Assembly (NCBI GenBank): GCA_051747585.1
Contig: JBNJGH010000078.1
Coordinates: 1-16,703 of the forward strand
Origin: Candidatus Rifleibacteriota bacterium
Lineage (GTDB): Bacteria > Muiribacteriota > Ozemobacteria > Ozemobacterales > Ozemobacteraceae
Direction: 5' to 3'
DNA: 16,703 nt
A program made the translations under genes and the position numbers. Below, in pieces: positions 1 through 9,558 of this stretch (positions are counted from its first letter, which is position 1; every line of letters starts with the position of its first letter). The notes under the pieces were generated by a model. It worked only from the letters and a program-made list of their open reading frames with translations, had not been told where the DNA came from and ran no database searches.

Positions 1-2
1 GA

Positions 3-647
3 CTGGGTGGAGATTACTTTGATTACTTTTCGCTAGATAAGGATCGAGTTGGTATTTTAATGGGAGATGTGGCCGGACACGGAGTTCCTGCAGCCCTGCT
101 TATGGCCATGGCAAAGGCTTCGGTTTTGTTGGCAGGAGAGGCGGAAAAAGTAAGCCCGGCCCTTCTTTTAAGCCGTTTGCACAAGGTGATTTATCGAGTA
201 AAAAGCAAAAAAATCAAACGCATGATGACCTGCCAATATTTTGCTTTAAATTCTTTGAATGGTGAGTTCAAATTTTCCAATGCCGGGCACTGTTTCCCCG
301 TGCTCATTAGAAATAATGGCAGTGATGTTCAATTCCTTCGCCATATCGGGACTCCTCTTGGTATTACTAAGAAGGCTCGTTATAAAGACGAAGAGCTTGT
401 TTTGCAGCATGGAGACATTTTATTGCTTTACACTGACGGTATTGTTGAAAGCAAAAATGCTCAGGGCAAAGAACTTGGTTTTGATAATTTCACTCAAATG
501 CTTGATAAATGCTTTGATGATGATCTGGCAAGGTTTTATCAGAACGTTTTTGACGCTTATCTTGATTGGACTGCAACCGCAGAAGACGATATCACCATGG
601 TTCTGATCAAGTTTTTGCAGCAATCAGAAAATGAGGCAGAGAATTGA
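3..647 (+). CDS. SpoIIE/PPM (PP2C-type) Ser/Thr phosphatase, 5'-truncated by the window edge (paralogue 1, subtype A)
   Basis: The frame is open upstream of the ORF-track Met at 60: from position 3 it reads LGGDYFDYFSLDKDRVGILMGDVAGHG. Also contains NAGH, LYTDGIVE and EDDIT, the SpoIIE-family motifs. Stop TGA 645-647. Confidence 0.93.
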   Translation: MGGDYFDYFSLDKDRVGILMGDVAGHGVPAALLMAMAKASVLLAGEAEKVSPALLLSRLHKVIYRVKSKKIKRMMTCQYFALNSLNGEFKFSNAGHCFPVLIRNNGSDVQFLRHIGTPLGITKKARYKDEELVLQHGDILLLYTDGIVESKNAQGKELGFDNFTQMLDKCFDDDLARFYQNVFDAYLDWTATAEDDITMVLIKFLQQSENEAEN

Positions 648-3600
648 TGAAAAACGAGAAAAAAAATGTAGGAATTTTTTCTTTTTTTATTTTCTGCTTC
701 ATCTTGATTCCTGGTTTGTTGCTCTTTGGTGGAATATATTATTTCAGACAGCAGACTCGTGCTTCGCTTCTAAAGCAGCATCGGCAAGAGCTGAATCGTT
801 TCTTTTCGTCACTACAGTCTTTTTCTGATGGTGAAGCTTTCTGGTGCAGGTTCTTTGCAAATGCAATCAACCGAAATTTGAAAGGCAAAAGCGTTAAAGA
901 AACTGTTTTGAACATTAACAGCAAAGTTGCACAGATGAAAAACAATCTGCAGTTTGACCACATCATTTTTCATCCATCGGTAGGCATTGCCTCTGCTTCC
1001 GTTGAAGCCAAACCACGCAGTCAGTGGCTTGCGGCTTTAAAGGTTATTCAAAAAAGATTAAGAAGACATAATCATACTAAAAGAGATTTCAGCAAGGATG
1101 AACAGAAGGTCGTGGGGCTTGTCTTCGGGCCGCAGTTAAACTTTGAACATCTCGATCAGGGCTGGCAGGAAAATTTTATTATGACCTGGCCCGATATTAC
1201 CCATGAAAAACCTTTGCTATGGACCAGATGTGTCGAAGATGTGCTTGTCGTTTTTATGGTCGATTATGAAGACCTCGATGCAGAAGAAGGTATTAAAAAT
1301 TTTCTTAATGAGTTTTCGGCCCGAAATGAAAATAAATATAAATTTGCCATATTAAAGCCCGATAAGAAAATTGAAGTTTTGCAGGGGCAGAACTATCTTT
1401 TGCCCCAGCTTGAAAAAGCGGTGGACAGACATCAACAGGAAAAATCTTTTCAGATTGAAACTGACGATTTGTATGTGTTTCCTCTATTTCTTCGCCCAGA
1501 TCTGACAATTATAGGTTACTTCGACAAAGAGATGAACAAGGCTTCATTTGCTTTTTACCATATATTATCGATTCTGGTTTTTGTTTTACTTTCATATTTT
1601 CTGGCAAAGTATGCTCTCGAAGTTTTTGTATATAACAAACCAGACAGTCTTTCTTTGCGATGGAAACTCCGCTTTCTCTTTTTCTTTGCCAATGGCTTGC
1701 CTTTGCTGGTAATTTTCTTTCTCGGTACTGACTATCTTGACCAAAAGAAAAACACACTTTTGCAGGAGGCTTTGGCCGAAGGCACCGCTTTTTTACAAAA
1801 CTTTGATGAATCTTTTGAGTCTGAGTTCGCTCGTGTTTTAATTCAAAAGAAGATTGCCGAAGACAAATTGATGAGCAGGTTAAGAAAGCAACCAATCAAT
1901 GAAAAAGCTCTCGATGAATTTGTAAGTTATTTTAAAGAGTATGACAATAGGATTTATCTTATTGCCAGCAGAAGTAAAGTCATTGGAACCAAATATGGAT
2001 TGTTTGATCCGGACAATAATATAATTCCAAAAGAGTTTAGAAGGAAAACTGAAAAGAATAAGCGCGAAATCAGATTTACCCGAAAATTGGGACAGTTTTT
2101 TGTTGATTTTATTAATGGAGCCAAAATTTCAAGTAAAATTGCGACTGAATTTGAGATTTTAGTTGAGTCGGTCACCCAGAAGCCTGTTGTAAATTTTGTT
2201 TTTGAGCTGATGCAGAACCGAAATTCTTTCACAGAATGGGGCTTTGGCAAGAATGTTCACCCGGCTATTATAGATACATTTACTCTGGGCACCACAAACA
2301 ACGAAGATTTTTTCTTTATATCACTTTTTGATAACGAAGATTTTCAGCATAGATTTCTTAAAAAAATGATTCCCAGGGTTAATCGAAATAAATTGGGAAT
2401 AAAAGTGATAGCCTTCTCTGACAAAGATTATACTGTGCCTCCTAAAGCTTATTCCAGCGAGGCTTTGCGAGTTTTTTCTTCTGCTTTGACAAGCTTTCCG
2501 GGAGATGAAATAAAAATAATCGAATATCACAACCAGAAATTCCTTGCTATGGGTTTTTCAGGGAATTCTATCGATATGTATAATCTTATTGGTTTGTATC
2601 CGATTCATTTAATTGAAGGCCTTATAGCCCGACAGAAACATCAACTGCTTATTTTTGCAATATTAAGTCTTCTTCTGGCTTTGACGCTTTCACAAATTCT
2701 TGCTCAGAGTTTCCTCGTTCCGTTGAATCAGCTCAGCGATGGTGCCAAAGCAATAGAAAATAAAAATTTCAGACACCGGCTTCCTGATATGAGCCATGAT
2801 GAGTTTGGTAAAATGGGTGAAATTTTTAATGACGTTATGGTTGACTTAGACGAGCTTTCAGTTGCCAGCGCCATACAGGAGCAGTTGCTGCCACAGAAAG
2901 ATATAGATCCCGGGCGTTTCAGCCTATTTGGTCGAAGCATTTCAATGGGCGAGCTTGGCGGTGATTATTATGACTTTATCGAGCTTGAAGATGGTAATTT
3001 CAGCGTTTTATTGGGCGATGTCGCCGGTCACGGAGTCGGTGCCGCTTTGATCATGGCAATGGCAAAGGCCGGTATAATTCAATCTGAAGATCTTCTTGAT
3101 CAGCCCCTGAATCTTATTACCCGGCTGCATAATCTTATTTATTCATCTAAAACCAGAAAACAGAAGAAAATTATGACTTTCCAATATTTGTATGTAAATG
3201 GTCAGACTGGCAAGGGGCTGTACACAAACGCCGGGGCCTGCTCTCCAATGATTATTCGTAAAAACGAAAATAAAGTTGAAGAGCTTCAGCTGACCGGAGC
3301 AGCTTTGGGCGCATTTAAGCGGGCTAAGTTTTCAGAGGTTGAACTTTGTTTTCAGCCCGGTGATGCAATTATTTTCTACACTGACGGAATTGTGGAAGCC
3401 AGAAGCGAAGACGACGAAGAAATTGGCTACGATGGTCTTAAAGAACTGCTGCTCAAGAACTGGGATTCAAATGCAGAAAAATTTTATAATAATGTTTACG
3501 CCGATTACGAGAAGCATATAGGTTCTTTAGGAAGCCAAGACGATCTTACGATGGTTTTTATGGTGTTTCAAGATAAAAACAAGGGGAGAGATGAAGCGCA

Positions 3601-3649
3601 GCAGCCACTAGATAAGGCTCGGCCTGCTACTGAAAATGAAAAACAATAA
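647..3649 (+). CDS. Membrane sensor phosphatase, 4 TM + two extracytoplasmic domains + HAMP + SpoIIE (paralogue 2, subtype B)
   Basis: ATG at 647 overlaps the upstream stop (TGATG), with GAGG at 633-636; the track's TTG at 644 is less likely. Four hydrophobic segments, HAMP (PLNQLSDGAKAI...HDEFGKMGEIFNDV), and ELGGDYYD, GDVAGHG, NAGA, FYTDG, QDDLT. Confidence 0.93.
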   Translation: MKNEKKNVGIFSFFIFCFILIPGLLLFGGIYYFRQQTRASLLKQHRQELNRFFSSLQSFSDGEAFWCRFFANAINRNLKGKSVKETVLNINSKVAQMKNNLQFDHIIFHPSVGIASASVEAKPRSQWLAALKVIQKRLRRHNHTKRDFSKDEQKVVGLVFGPQLNFEHLDQGWQENFIMTWPDITHEKPLLWTRCVEDVLVVFMVDYEDLDAEEGIKNFLNEFSARNENKYKFAILKPDKKIEVLQGQNYLLPQLEKAVDRHQQEKSFQIETDDLYVFPLFLRPDLTIIGYFDKEMNKASFAFYHILSILVFVLLSYFLAKYALEVFVYNKPDSLSLRWKLRFLFFFANGLPLLVIFFLGTDYLDQKKNTLLQEALAEGTAFLQNFDESFESEFARVLIQKKIAEDKLMSRLRKQPINEKALDEFVSYFKEYDNRIYLIASRSKVIGTKYGLFDPDNNIIPKEFRRKTEKNKREIRFTRKLGQFFVDFINGAKISSKIATEFEILVESVTQKPVVNFVFELMQNRNSFTEWGFGKNVHPAIIDTFTLGTTNNEDFFFISLFDNEDFQHRFLKKMIPRVNRNKLGIKVIAFSDKDYTVPPKAYSSEALRVFSSALTSFPGDEIKIIEYHNQKFLAMGFSGNSIDMYNLIGLYPIHLIEGLIARQKHQLLIFAILSLLLALTLSQILAQSFLVPLNQLSDGAKAIENKNFRHRLPDMSHDEFGKMGEIFNDVMVDLDELSVASAIQEQLLPQKDIDPGRFSLFGRSISMGELGGDYYDFIELEDGNFSVLLGDVAGHGVGAALIMAMAKAGIIQSEDLLDQPLNLITRLHNLIYSSKTRKQKKIMTFQYLYVNGQTGKGLYTNAGACSPMIIRKNENKVEELQLTGAALGAFKRAKFSEVELCFQPGDAIIFYTDGIVEARSEDDEEIGYDGLKELLLKNWDSNAEKFYNNVYADYEKHIGSLGSQDDLTMVFMVFQDKNKGRDEAQQPLDKARPATENEKQ

Positions 3650-6560
3650 CGGCCCCAAAACATTAAAGGCCTTTTCTTTCGACAGTGCAGTTCACTGGCT
3701 GGTCACTATTTTTTGTCTTTTTATTTTTCCTCTTTTTATATTTTATGTTTCTCTAGATCGCTTATATGAAATAAAAATCGAAAATTTAAGAAAAAATGCC
3801 CATAGAAAGCTTTCCAGAAGGGTAGAAATCCTAAATAATTACAGCTCGAACCGAGCCTATTTTCATTTTATTTTTAAAAATATTTTTGAACTGGCTCAAC
3901 AGCAGCCGGAACCCGAAAAATTTCTGGCCTTGAACCTTGTAAATCTAAAAAAGCGATATCCGGGTTGTTTTGAATTTATTGTCTGGGATGCTCAAGGAAA
4001 AACCATTGAAAACCTCACCGATGAAACAAGATATAAATTCGTTATAAGAAGGCTTTTTAAGGTTTTGAAGCAGGTGACACAACACTTTGCCAGTTCCGCG
4101 GGGCAGCCCGTTGATGAGCTTCAGATTGTTAAAGAAAATCGAAATCTTGTTGCAACCTTTCTGGGTAGATACTTTATTGCCCGGTTTTTGACCGTACCCT
4201 ACTATGATGGGGAAAATGCAGGGCCTGTTAAAGTAGATTTCTCACTTAAACATTCCGATTATTGGTATCAGATCGGTGACAAAATTTCATTTCTGGTATT
4301 TTTCAATAACCGTATTTTAGAGACAAGTTCAGGTCTGAACAAAGTTGTCGAGTCTCTTAATAATTATCCCGAAAAAATAGTTTCAGGTTATGTGTCGGCT
4401 AAGGACGTTTCAAAAGTTTCTGTGCCTGTTGGCTCAAAGTTAAAGGCAGATCTTGTTCTAGCTCTTGCCCGTTTTGAAAAATTTTCTCAGTCTGTGATCG
4501 AAACTTCTCGCAGTATTGTGGCAATAAAGGTTGCCGATAATAATCTTAGAGTATTTTCTCTCTTTCCCAAAGACCCCAAACTCTGGTCGGCTAACGACAG
4601 AACCTTTAAAAAGCTTGTTCAGATTCTTGTCCTGGTTTTTCTGGTTTATCTAGCCGTTTATTTCATTGTTTTTGTTATGCACGCCTTTGTCTCGATCAGG
4701 CTGAAACTTTTAATGGTATTTCTTTTTGCAGGCCTGATTCCTTTGCTTGTATTGGGCCTTATCGGCTTCGATTATTTGCAGACCAGAGAAAGTGTGCTGA
4801 GAAGTGAGTATATTGACCATTCTTTGCAGCGACTTAAAAACTTTGACGTACGATCAGAAAGTATTAAGCATGAGTTTGGTCGTAAACTTCTAAAGACATG
4901 CTCGCGAATGAACTTCAATTATAGAAGTGGGGACTTCTCGGAAAAATCTTTTGCAGGGCTTAAAGACGTGATTAAAGAATGTAATCCTTCTGAAGCTTAC
5001 CTTATTTCGAGCGATAGTCGAAAAATCTTTGAATATTACGCAGATAACAAGCAGCCCTCTTATTCAACGAGCTTTATCATTCCTATGATTACCGCTTCGT
5101 TGAAATTTATTAATGGGCAGTATGTGAAGCTTGATTCTCAAGATTACTATAATAATTTACTATCTCCTGAAAATTCTGACTTTATAAGGTTTGCCAGGCG
5201 AAATTCTGGCAGAATAAATGAAATTAATACGGGTAACCGATTTAAAACCAATTTTCAGTTCGTTTTTGGCATACCAGGTTATAGTAGGTATAATTATTTT
5301 CTTATAATTTTATGGGATCATAAAAATCTGGCTGAACAATACCTTGACCGTGAATTTACCAATTTCGACAGGAAAAAATCCAAGTTGTTTATAATGTCAC
5401 AGAACGGTTCCGCTTCATGGCCAGATCATTCAAAAATTCCCAAAAATGTTAAGAAATTCCTTGAAAAAGCCGGTCGCTCAAATGGCAGTATTAGTGGCGA
5501 TTTGGTGTTGGATAATGAAAATTTTCTGGCTGTAGGTATTAAAAGCAGGTATCTGGAAGAAATGTTAATGGGCACTTTAGTTCCTGTGAAGATTTTTGCC
5601 CAAGACCTTTATAGCTTAAAGCTCTATTTGTCATTGGTAAGTGTTCTGGTTCTCCTGTTGATTGTCGCTATCTCGTGGCTTTTATCTCATCAGTTTATGA
5701 AGCCGCTGAGAAGTCTTGCAACCGCTACTCTGGCAATTGGTAAGCGTGATTTTTCTTATCGTATCGAAGTCGATGACAATGATGAAATAGGCTATCTGGC
5801 TACTATTTTTAACAGAGTTACAGAAGGGTTAGGCGATCTGGAGGTTGCCAGGATTGTCCAGGAAAATCTTTTTCCCGGTAACAATTTCTCTGCAGGTGAC
5901 ATTGAAATCTATGGTCGCAGTATTGTTATGACAACTCTTGGCGGTGATTATTACGATTGTTTCCCCATTGACGAGAATCACTGGGCTGTAATTATTGGTG
6001 ATGTGGCCGGTCATGGAGTGCCTGCGGGTTTGATGATGGCTATGGCCAAAGCCGGGGTGCTTACAAGTTCAGAAGCAGAAAAGTTTAATCCCTCTGCGCT
6101 TGTCTCGGCATTACATAAAATATTTTTTGCCATTAAGAACCCTAATATGAAAAGAATGATGACTTTTCAATACTTTTTGCTGGAAAAGGAAAGCGGAAAG
6201 TTTACTTTTGTAAATGCCGGACATTGTTTCCCTGTTATTGTCGACCCGAAAAAGAAATCAGCAACATTTATTGAACATGTTTCTACCCCATTGGGAATAG
6301 GGCGCAGATGTCGTTACAAGAATTACTCTTTTGAGCTCGAGCCAGGCCAGGCTTTGGTCCTTTATACAGATGGAATTGCTGAAGCTCGCAACAGCTCAGG
6401 CGAAGAATTTGGCTTTGAACGATTTAAAAACAGGCTCCCGCTTTTATATTCAAATGATCCTGAAGTGTTTTATCAGAAAATTCTCTCTATGTATAAAGAG
6501 TGGGCAGAAGAGGCTGAAGATGACCTTACAATTATTGTTGCGGTAAGGGGCGAAAAATGA
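3636..6560 (+). CDS. Membrane sensor phosphatase, 4 TM + two extracytoplasmic domains + HAMP + SpoIIE (paralogue 3, subtype A)
   Basis: 974-aa ORF overlapping the previous gene by 14 bp. HAMP (PLRSLATATLAIGKRDFSYRIEVDDNDEIGYLATIFN), and TLGGDYYD, GDVAGHG, NAGH, LYTDG, EDDLT. Confidence 0.93.
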   Translation: MKNNNGPKTLKAFSFDSAVHWLVTIFCLFIFPLFIFYVSLDRLYEIKIENLRKNAHRKLSRRVEILNNYSSNRAYFHFIFKNIFELAQQQPEPEKFLALNLVNLKKRYPGCFEFIVWDAQGKTIENLTDETRYKFVIRRLFKVLKQVTQHFASSAGQPVDELQIVKENRNLVATFLGRYFIARFLTVPYYDGENAGPVKVDFSLKHSDYWYQIGDKISFLVFFNNRILETSSGLNKVVESLNNYPEKIVSGYVSAKDVSKVSVPVGSKLKADLVLALARFEKFSQSVIETSRSIVAIKVADNNLRVFSLFPKDPKLWSANDRTFKKLVQILVLVFLVYLAVYFIVFVMHAFVSIRLKLLMVFLFAGLIPLLVLGLIGFDYLQTRESVLRSEYIDHSLQRLKNFDVRSESIKHEFGRKLLKTCSRMNFNYRSGDFSEKSFAGLKDVIKECNPSEAYLISSDSRKIFEYYADNKQPSYSTSFIIPMITASLKFINGQYVKLDSQDYYNNLLSPENSDFIRFARRNSGRINEINTGNRFKTNFQFVFGIPGYSRYNYFLIILWDHKNLAEQYLDREFTNFDRKKSKLFIMSQNGSASWPDHSKIPKNVKKFLEKAGRSNGSISGDLVLDNENFLAVGIKSRYLEEMLMGTLVPVKIFAQDLYSLKLYLSLVSVLVLLLIVAISWLLSHQFMKPLRSLATATLAIGKRDFSYRIEVDDNDEIGYLATIFNRVTEGLGDLEVARIVQENLFPGNNFSAGDIEIYGRSIVMTTLGGDYYDCFPIDENHWAVIIGDVAGHGVPAGLMMAMAKAGVLTSSEAEKFNPSALVSALHKIFFAIKNPNMKRMMTFQYFLLEKESGKFTFVNAGHCFPVIVDPKKKSATFIEHVSTPLGIGRRCRYKNYSFELEPGQALVLYTDGIAEARNSSGEEFGFERFKNRLPLLYSNDPEVFYQKILSMYKEWAEEAEDDLTIIVAVRGEK

Positions 6561-9538
6561 TGAGTAGAGCAAAAGTAAAAAAAATATTTGTCTGGCTTTT
6601 TATCTGCCTCGTTCTTGCAGGGGTTCCCGCAGCCATAATGTATTCAACCATATATCGTCATCTTGGCTTGAAGGCTGAAAGACAACGTAACAAAATTAAC
6701 GCTTCCCTCGACAAAATTGTTTCCCAGGCGCGTCTTTATCTCGATCAGGAAAGATTCTGGTGTAGATTCTTTCATAAGAGCACTCTTAGATTTTTAAACG
6801 AAAACACCCCGTCTGAAAAAGTTGAAAAATGGCTCGCAAAATTACAACGAGAATTTAACAATGAATTCGAATATATTTTCTGGAATGCACAGGGAAATAC
6901 TATAAAAAGAACTTTTGCTACCGAATTCTCGCCAGAAGAATGGCAAACAGTTTTCAGAACGCTGGCTTATCACTTTTTCTTCAGGGGCAAAGTTCCCTAT
7001 TCAGGAAAACACGAACCAGAGCATAAAATTACTCGAAAAGTGCTTGGCCAGCAGTTCCTTCCGCAGATGTTCCACGCTAATTTTGATTCAAGATTTTACA
7101 GTCTCGCCTGGACGGATGCAACAATGAAACGCCCTCTTTATCTTTCTTTCTTTCTTAAAGACGGTGGTTTTCTTCTGGCATTCGATCATAAAAAGCTTGC
7201 GGCTCAATCCGGCCTTAAAAAGCTTATAGAAAAATTTGCTCTCGAGCACCAGTTAAAAATGGGGACATTTTCTATCGGCGATAATGAAAAAGAAGTGTGG
7301 CGAATGTACAAGAACAAAGAGCCTTCTGACCTTAAGCAGCAACTTTATGGTGACCAGAAATTTTATAGCGGAGTGCAAAAATCAGAAGACTTTTTGATTT
7401 TTAAAAGATTTCTTTCTGCCCGGCTTGGTATTTTTGTTTTGGAGCAAGACTCTTACTCCAGTTTAAAAATAAAGCTTGTGGCTTTATTTGCAGCAGCTGT
7501 TGTTTTGTTGCTGATGTTTCCGGTTTTTATTTATACATATCGAACTCTGGTTGCGAAACAAATTACCGATCTTTCAATTCGCTGGAAAATAGCTTTTGTT
7601 TTTCTTTTTGCTTCTGGTATCCCCCTTGCAGTTCTGTTTGTTGTTGCTCAGGAAAATTATGATCAGAAAAGGCAACAATTGATTAAAGAGGCTAAAACAG
7701 AGCTTTGCGAACATGTTGTAAACTTTGATAAAAGATTTAAGGCTTACCAGTCTTCTATTTCACAAAAGCTGGGTGAGTTCTTCGGCAGATTTGCCAAAGA
7801 TATTGCCAACAAAGATGAGCGGGTCTGCAATGATATTGTCAGACAATTTTTAAAGGAGTTTAAAGTAGGTAATTTTTATGTAGTATCAAGCGATACTAAC
7901 CATTTGTTTTCAAGTGCGGGGTTGATTAAATTTCGTGGCGAGCTTGAAAATGCCGTTATTGACCTGAAGAACTCAAGCCCTTGTCAAAAACTCAAAGAAC
8001 CTTTGATTAGTGATCTTAAAGCCGCTCACCTTATAGGTAAAAAACTGTTGAGCGATCTTAATCAACAGCCCTTTTCTGTGGGACGTATAAACCAGATGGA
8101 AATTGTCGCAGAAACTTTGATGCAACGACCTTTTAGAGAAATTATTTACGATATTGTCAGTAGTTTCGATGAACTTGGGCTCTGGGGCTTCGGACGAGCT
8201 TTGGATTATGGTTATTCCAGCCTGATCAAACTTGATTCTTCAAGTGAATATTATGATTATATTTCTTTTGTTTTCTGGAAATTGCCTAAGTTACAACAGC
8301 GGTATCTGCGGAAACATATAGTTGAAGCTAATCGAAACGCCGAGGGCGTTAAAATAATTGCATTCAGATATGAAGACGATTCCCGAATTCCATCCGATAG
8401 TATTTTAAGCGCAGAAGTTAAAGCCTTGATAACCACTTTTACCGATAGACCTGATGAGTCTTTTCAGATAGTTGATTTTGACGGAAGACCTCATATTGCA
8501 GTGGGATTTAAAGCTTTTGAACTTACCAAATTCAAGTTAGCGGGTTTTTTTCCACTTGATAATATAGAGCAGAATATAGGTCGACAGCGGCTTGACCTTT
8601 CGCTTTTTGCTTTTTTCTGTATTTTATTTTCGCTGGGAATGGCTCAAATTTTGTTTAGAAGTTTTCTTAGACCCGTCGAGATTTTGAGGGATGGTGCACT
8701 GGCTGTTGAAAATCGAGATTTTGACCATCGTCTGAGTTTGAAAACCCGAGATGAGTTTGCCCGGGTTGCAGATATTTTTAATCATGTAATGAGTGATTTT
8801 GAAGAGCTCGAGGTTGCCAGAATTGTTCAGGAAAGCCTGTTGCCGAAGCCCGAATTCCATCAGAATCATTTTTCGGCTTATGGACGAAGTATCCCCATGG
8901 CCGAGCTTGGGGGCGATTATTTTGATATGCTTGAACTTCAGGCAGATGATTGTGCTTTTTTGCTCGGTGACGTTGCAGGGCACGGAGTAGGCGCTGCTGT
9001 CATCATGGCTATGGCTAAAGCAGCCTTGTTAAATTCTGGCGATTTGCTTTGTAAGCCTGAAAAATTGCTGACAAAGATACACAGAATGCTCCTTGCCGCA
9101 AAAGGTGAAAGACAGCGCAGAATAATGACTTTCCAATATTTATACCTCGACTCTATTGGTTGCAAAGCTGTTTATTCAAATGCCGGAGCTTGTTTCCCCA
9201 TATTTATTTCTGAAATGGGTACCAAGCTCGAGGAGATTGATTTTGCCGGCCCACCACTGGGTTCATTTAAGTCTGCAGTTTTTGCAAATAAAGAAATCAG
9301 GTTCAAGCATGGCGATACTATGGTGTTTTATACGGATGGCATTGTTGAGGCTGTTGATAGTTCTGGTGTTCAACTCGGCTATGAAAGATTTGGGGAAATT
9401 CTTTTGCGTGCCTGGAATATTGATCCCCGGCTCTTTTATGAAAATATCATGAACGAGTACAGTAAGCTTTTTAAAGATCAAAAAGCTCAGGATGACCTTA
9501 CTCTTCTGGTTTTGATTTGCAATAAAAAAGAAAAATAA
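6557..9538 (+). CDS. Membrane sensor phosphatase, 4 TM + two extracytoplasmic domains + HAMP + SpoIIE (paralogue 4, subtype B)
   Basis: 993-aa ORF with an ATGATG junction over the upstream stop (start 6557 or 6560). HAMP (PVEILRDGALAVENRDFDHRLSLKTRDEFARVADIFN), and ELGGDYFD, GDVAGHG, NAGA, FYTDG, QDDLT. Confidence 0.93.
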   Translation: MMSRAKVKKIFVWLFICLVLAGVPAAIMYSTIYRHLGLKAERQRNKINASLDKIVSQARLYLDQERFWCRFFHKSTLRFLNENTPSEKVEKWLAKLQREFNNEFEYIFWNAQGNTIKRTFATEFSPEEWQTVFRTLAYHFFFRGKVPYSGKHEPEHKITRKVLGQQFLPQMFHANFDSRFYSLAWTDATMKRPLYLSFFLKDGGFLLAFDHKKLAAQSGLKKLIEKFALEHQLKMGTFSIGDNEKEVWRMYKNKEPSDLKQQLYGDQKFYSGVQKSEDFLIFKRFLSARLGIFVLEQDSYSSLKIKLVALFAAAVVLLLMFPVFIYTYRTLVAKQITDLSIRWKIAFVFLFASGIPLAVLFVVAQENYDQKRQQLIKEAKTELCEHVVNFDKRFKAYQSSISQKLGEFFGRFAKDIANKDERVCNDIVRQFLKEFKVGNFYVVSSDTNHLFSSAGLIKFRGELENAVIDLKNSSPCQKLKEPLISDLKAAHLIGKKLLSDLNQQPFSVGRINQMEIVAETLMQRPFREIIYDIVSSFDELGLWGFGRALDYGYSSLIKLDSSSEYYDYISFVFWKLPKLQQRYLRKHIVEANRNAEGVKIIAFRYEDDSRIPSDSILSAEVKALITTFTDRPDESFQIVDFDGRPHIAVGFKAFELTKFKLAGFFPLDNIEQNIGRQRLDLSLFAFFCILFSLGMAQILFRSFLRPVEILRDGALAVENRDFDHRLSLKTRDEFARVADIFNHVMSDFEELEVARIVQESLLPKPEFHQNHFSAYGRSIPMAELGGDYFDMLELQADDCAFLLGDVAGHGVGAAVIMAMAKAALLNSGDLLCKPEKLLTKIHRMLLAAKGERQRRIMTFQYLYLDSIGCKAVYSNAGACFPIFISEMGTKLEEIDFAGPPLGSFKSAVFANKEIRFKHGDTMVFYTDGIVEAVDSSGVQLGYERFGEILLRAWNIDPRLFYENIMNEYSKLFKDQKAQDDLTLLVLICNKKEK

Positions 9539-9558
9539 TATTTACGCTTTATATTTGC

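Noticed and set aside
60..647. Stand-alone 195-aa phosphatase starting at Met 60
   Set aside because: The frame is open to the window edge and includes the upstream GGDYFD motif, so this is the tail of a longer gene.
259..9481. Numerous short alternate-frame and antisense ORFs within the phosphatase genes
   Set aside because: All are nested in long, motif-bearing genes and show no independent coding evidence.
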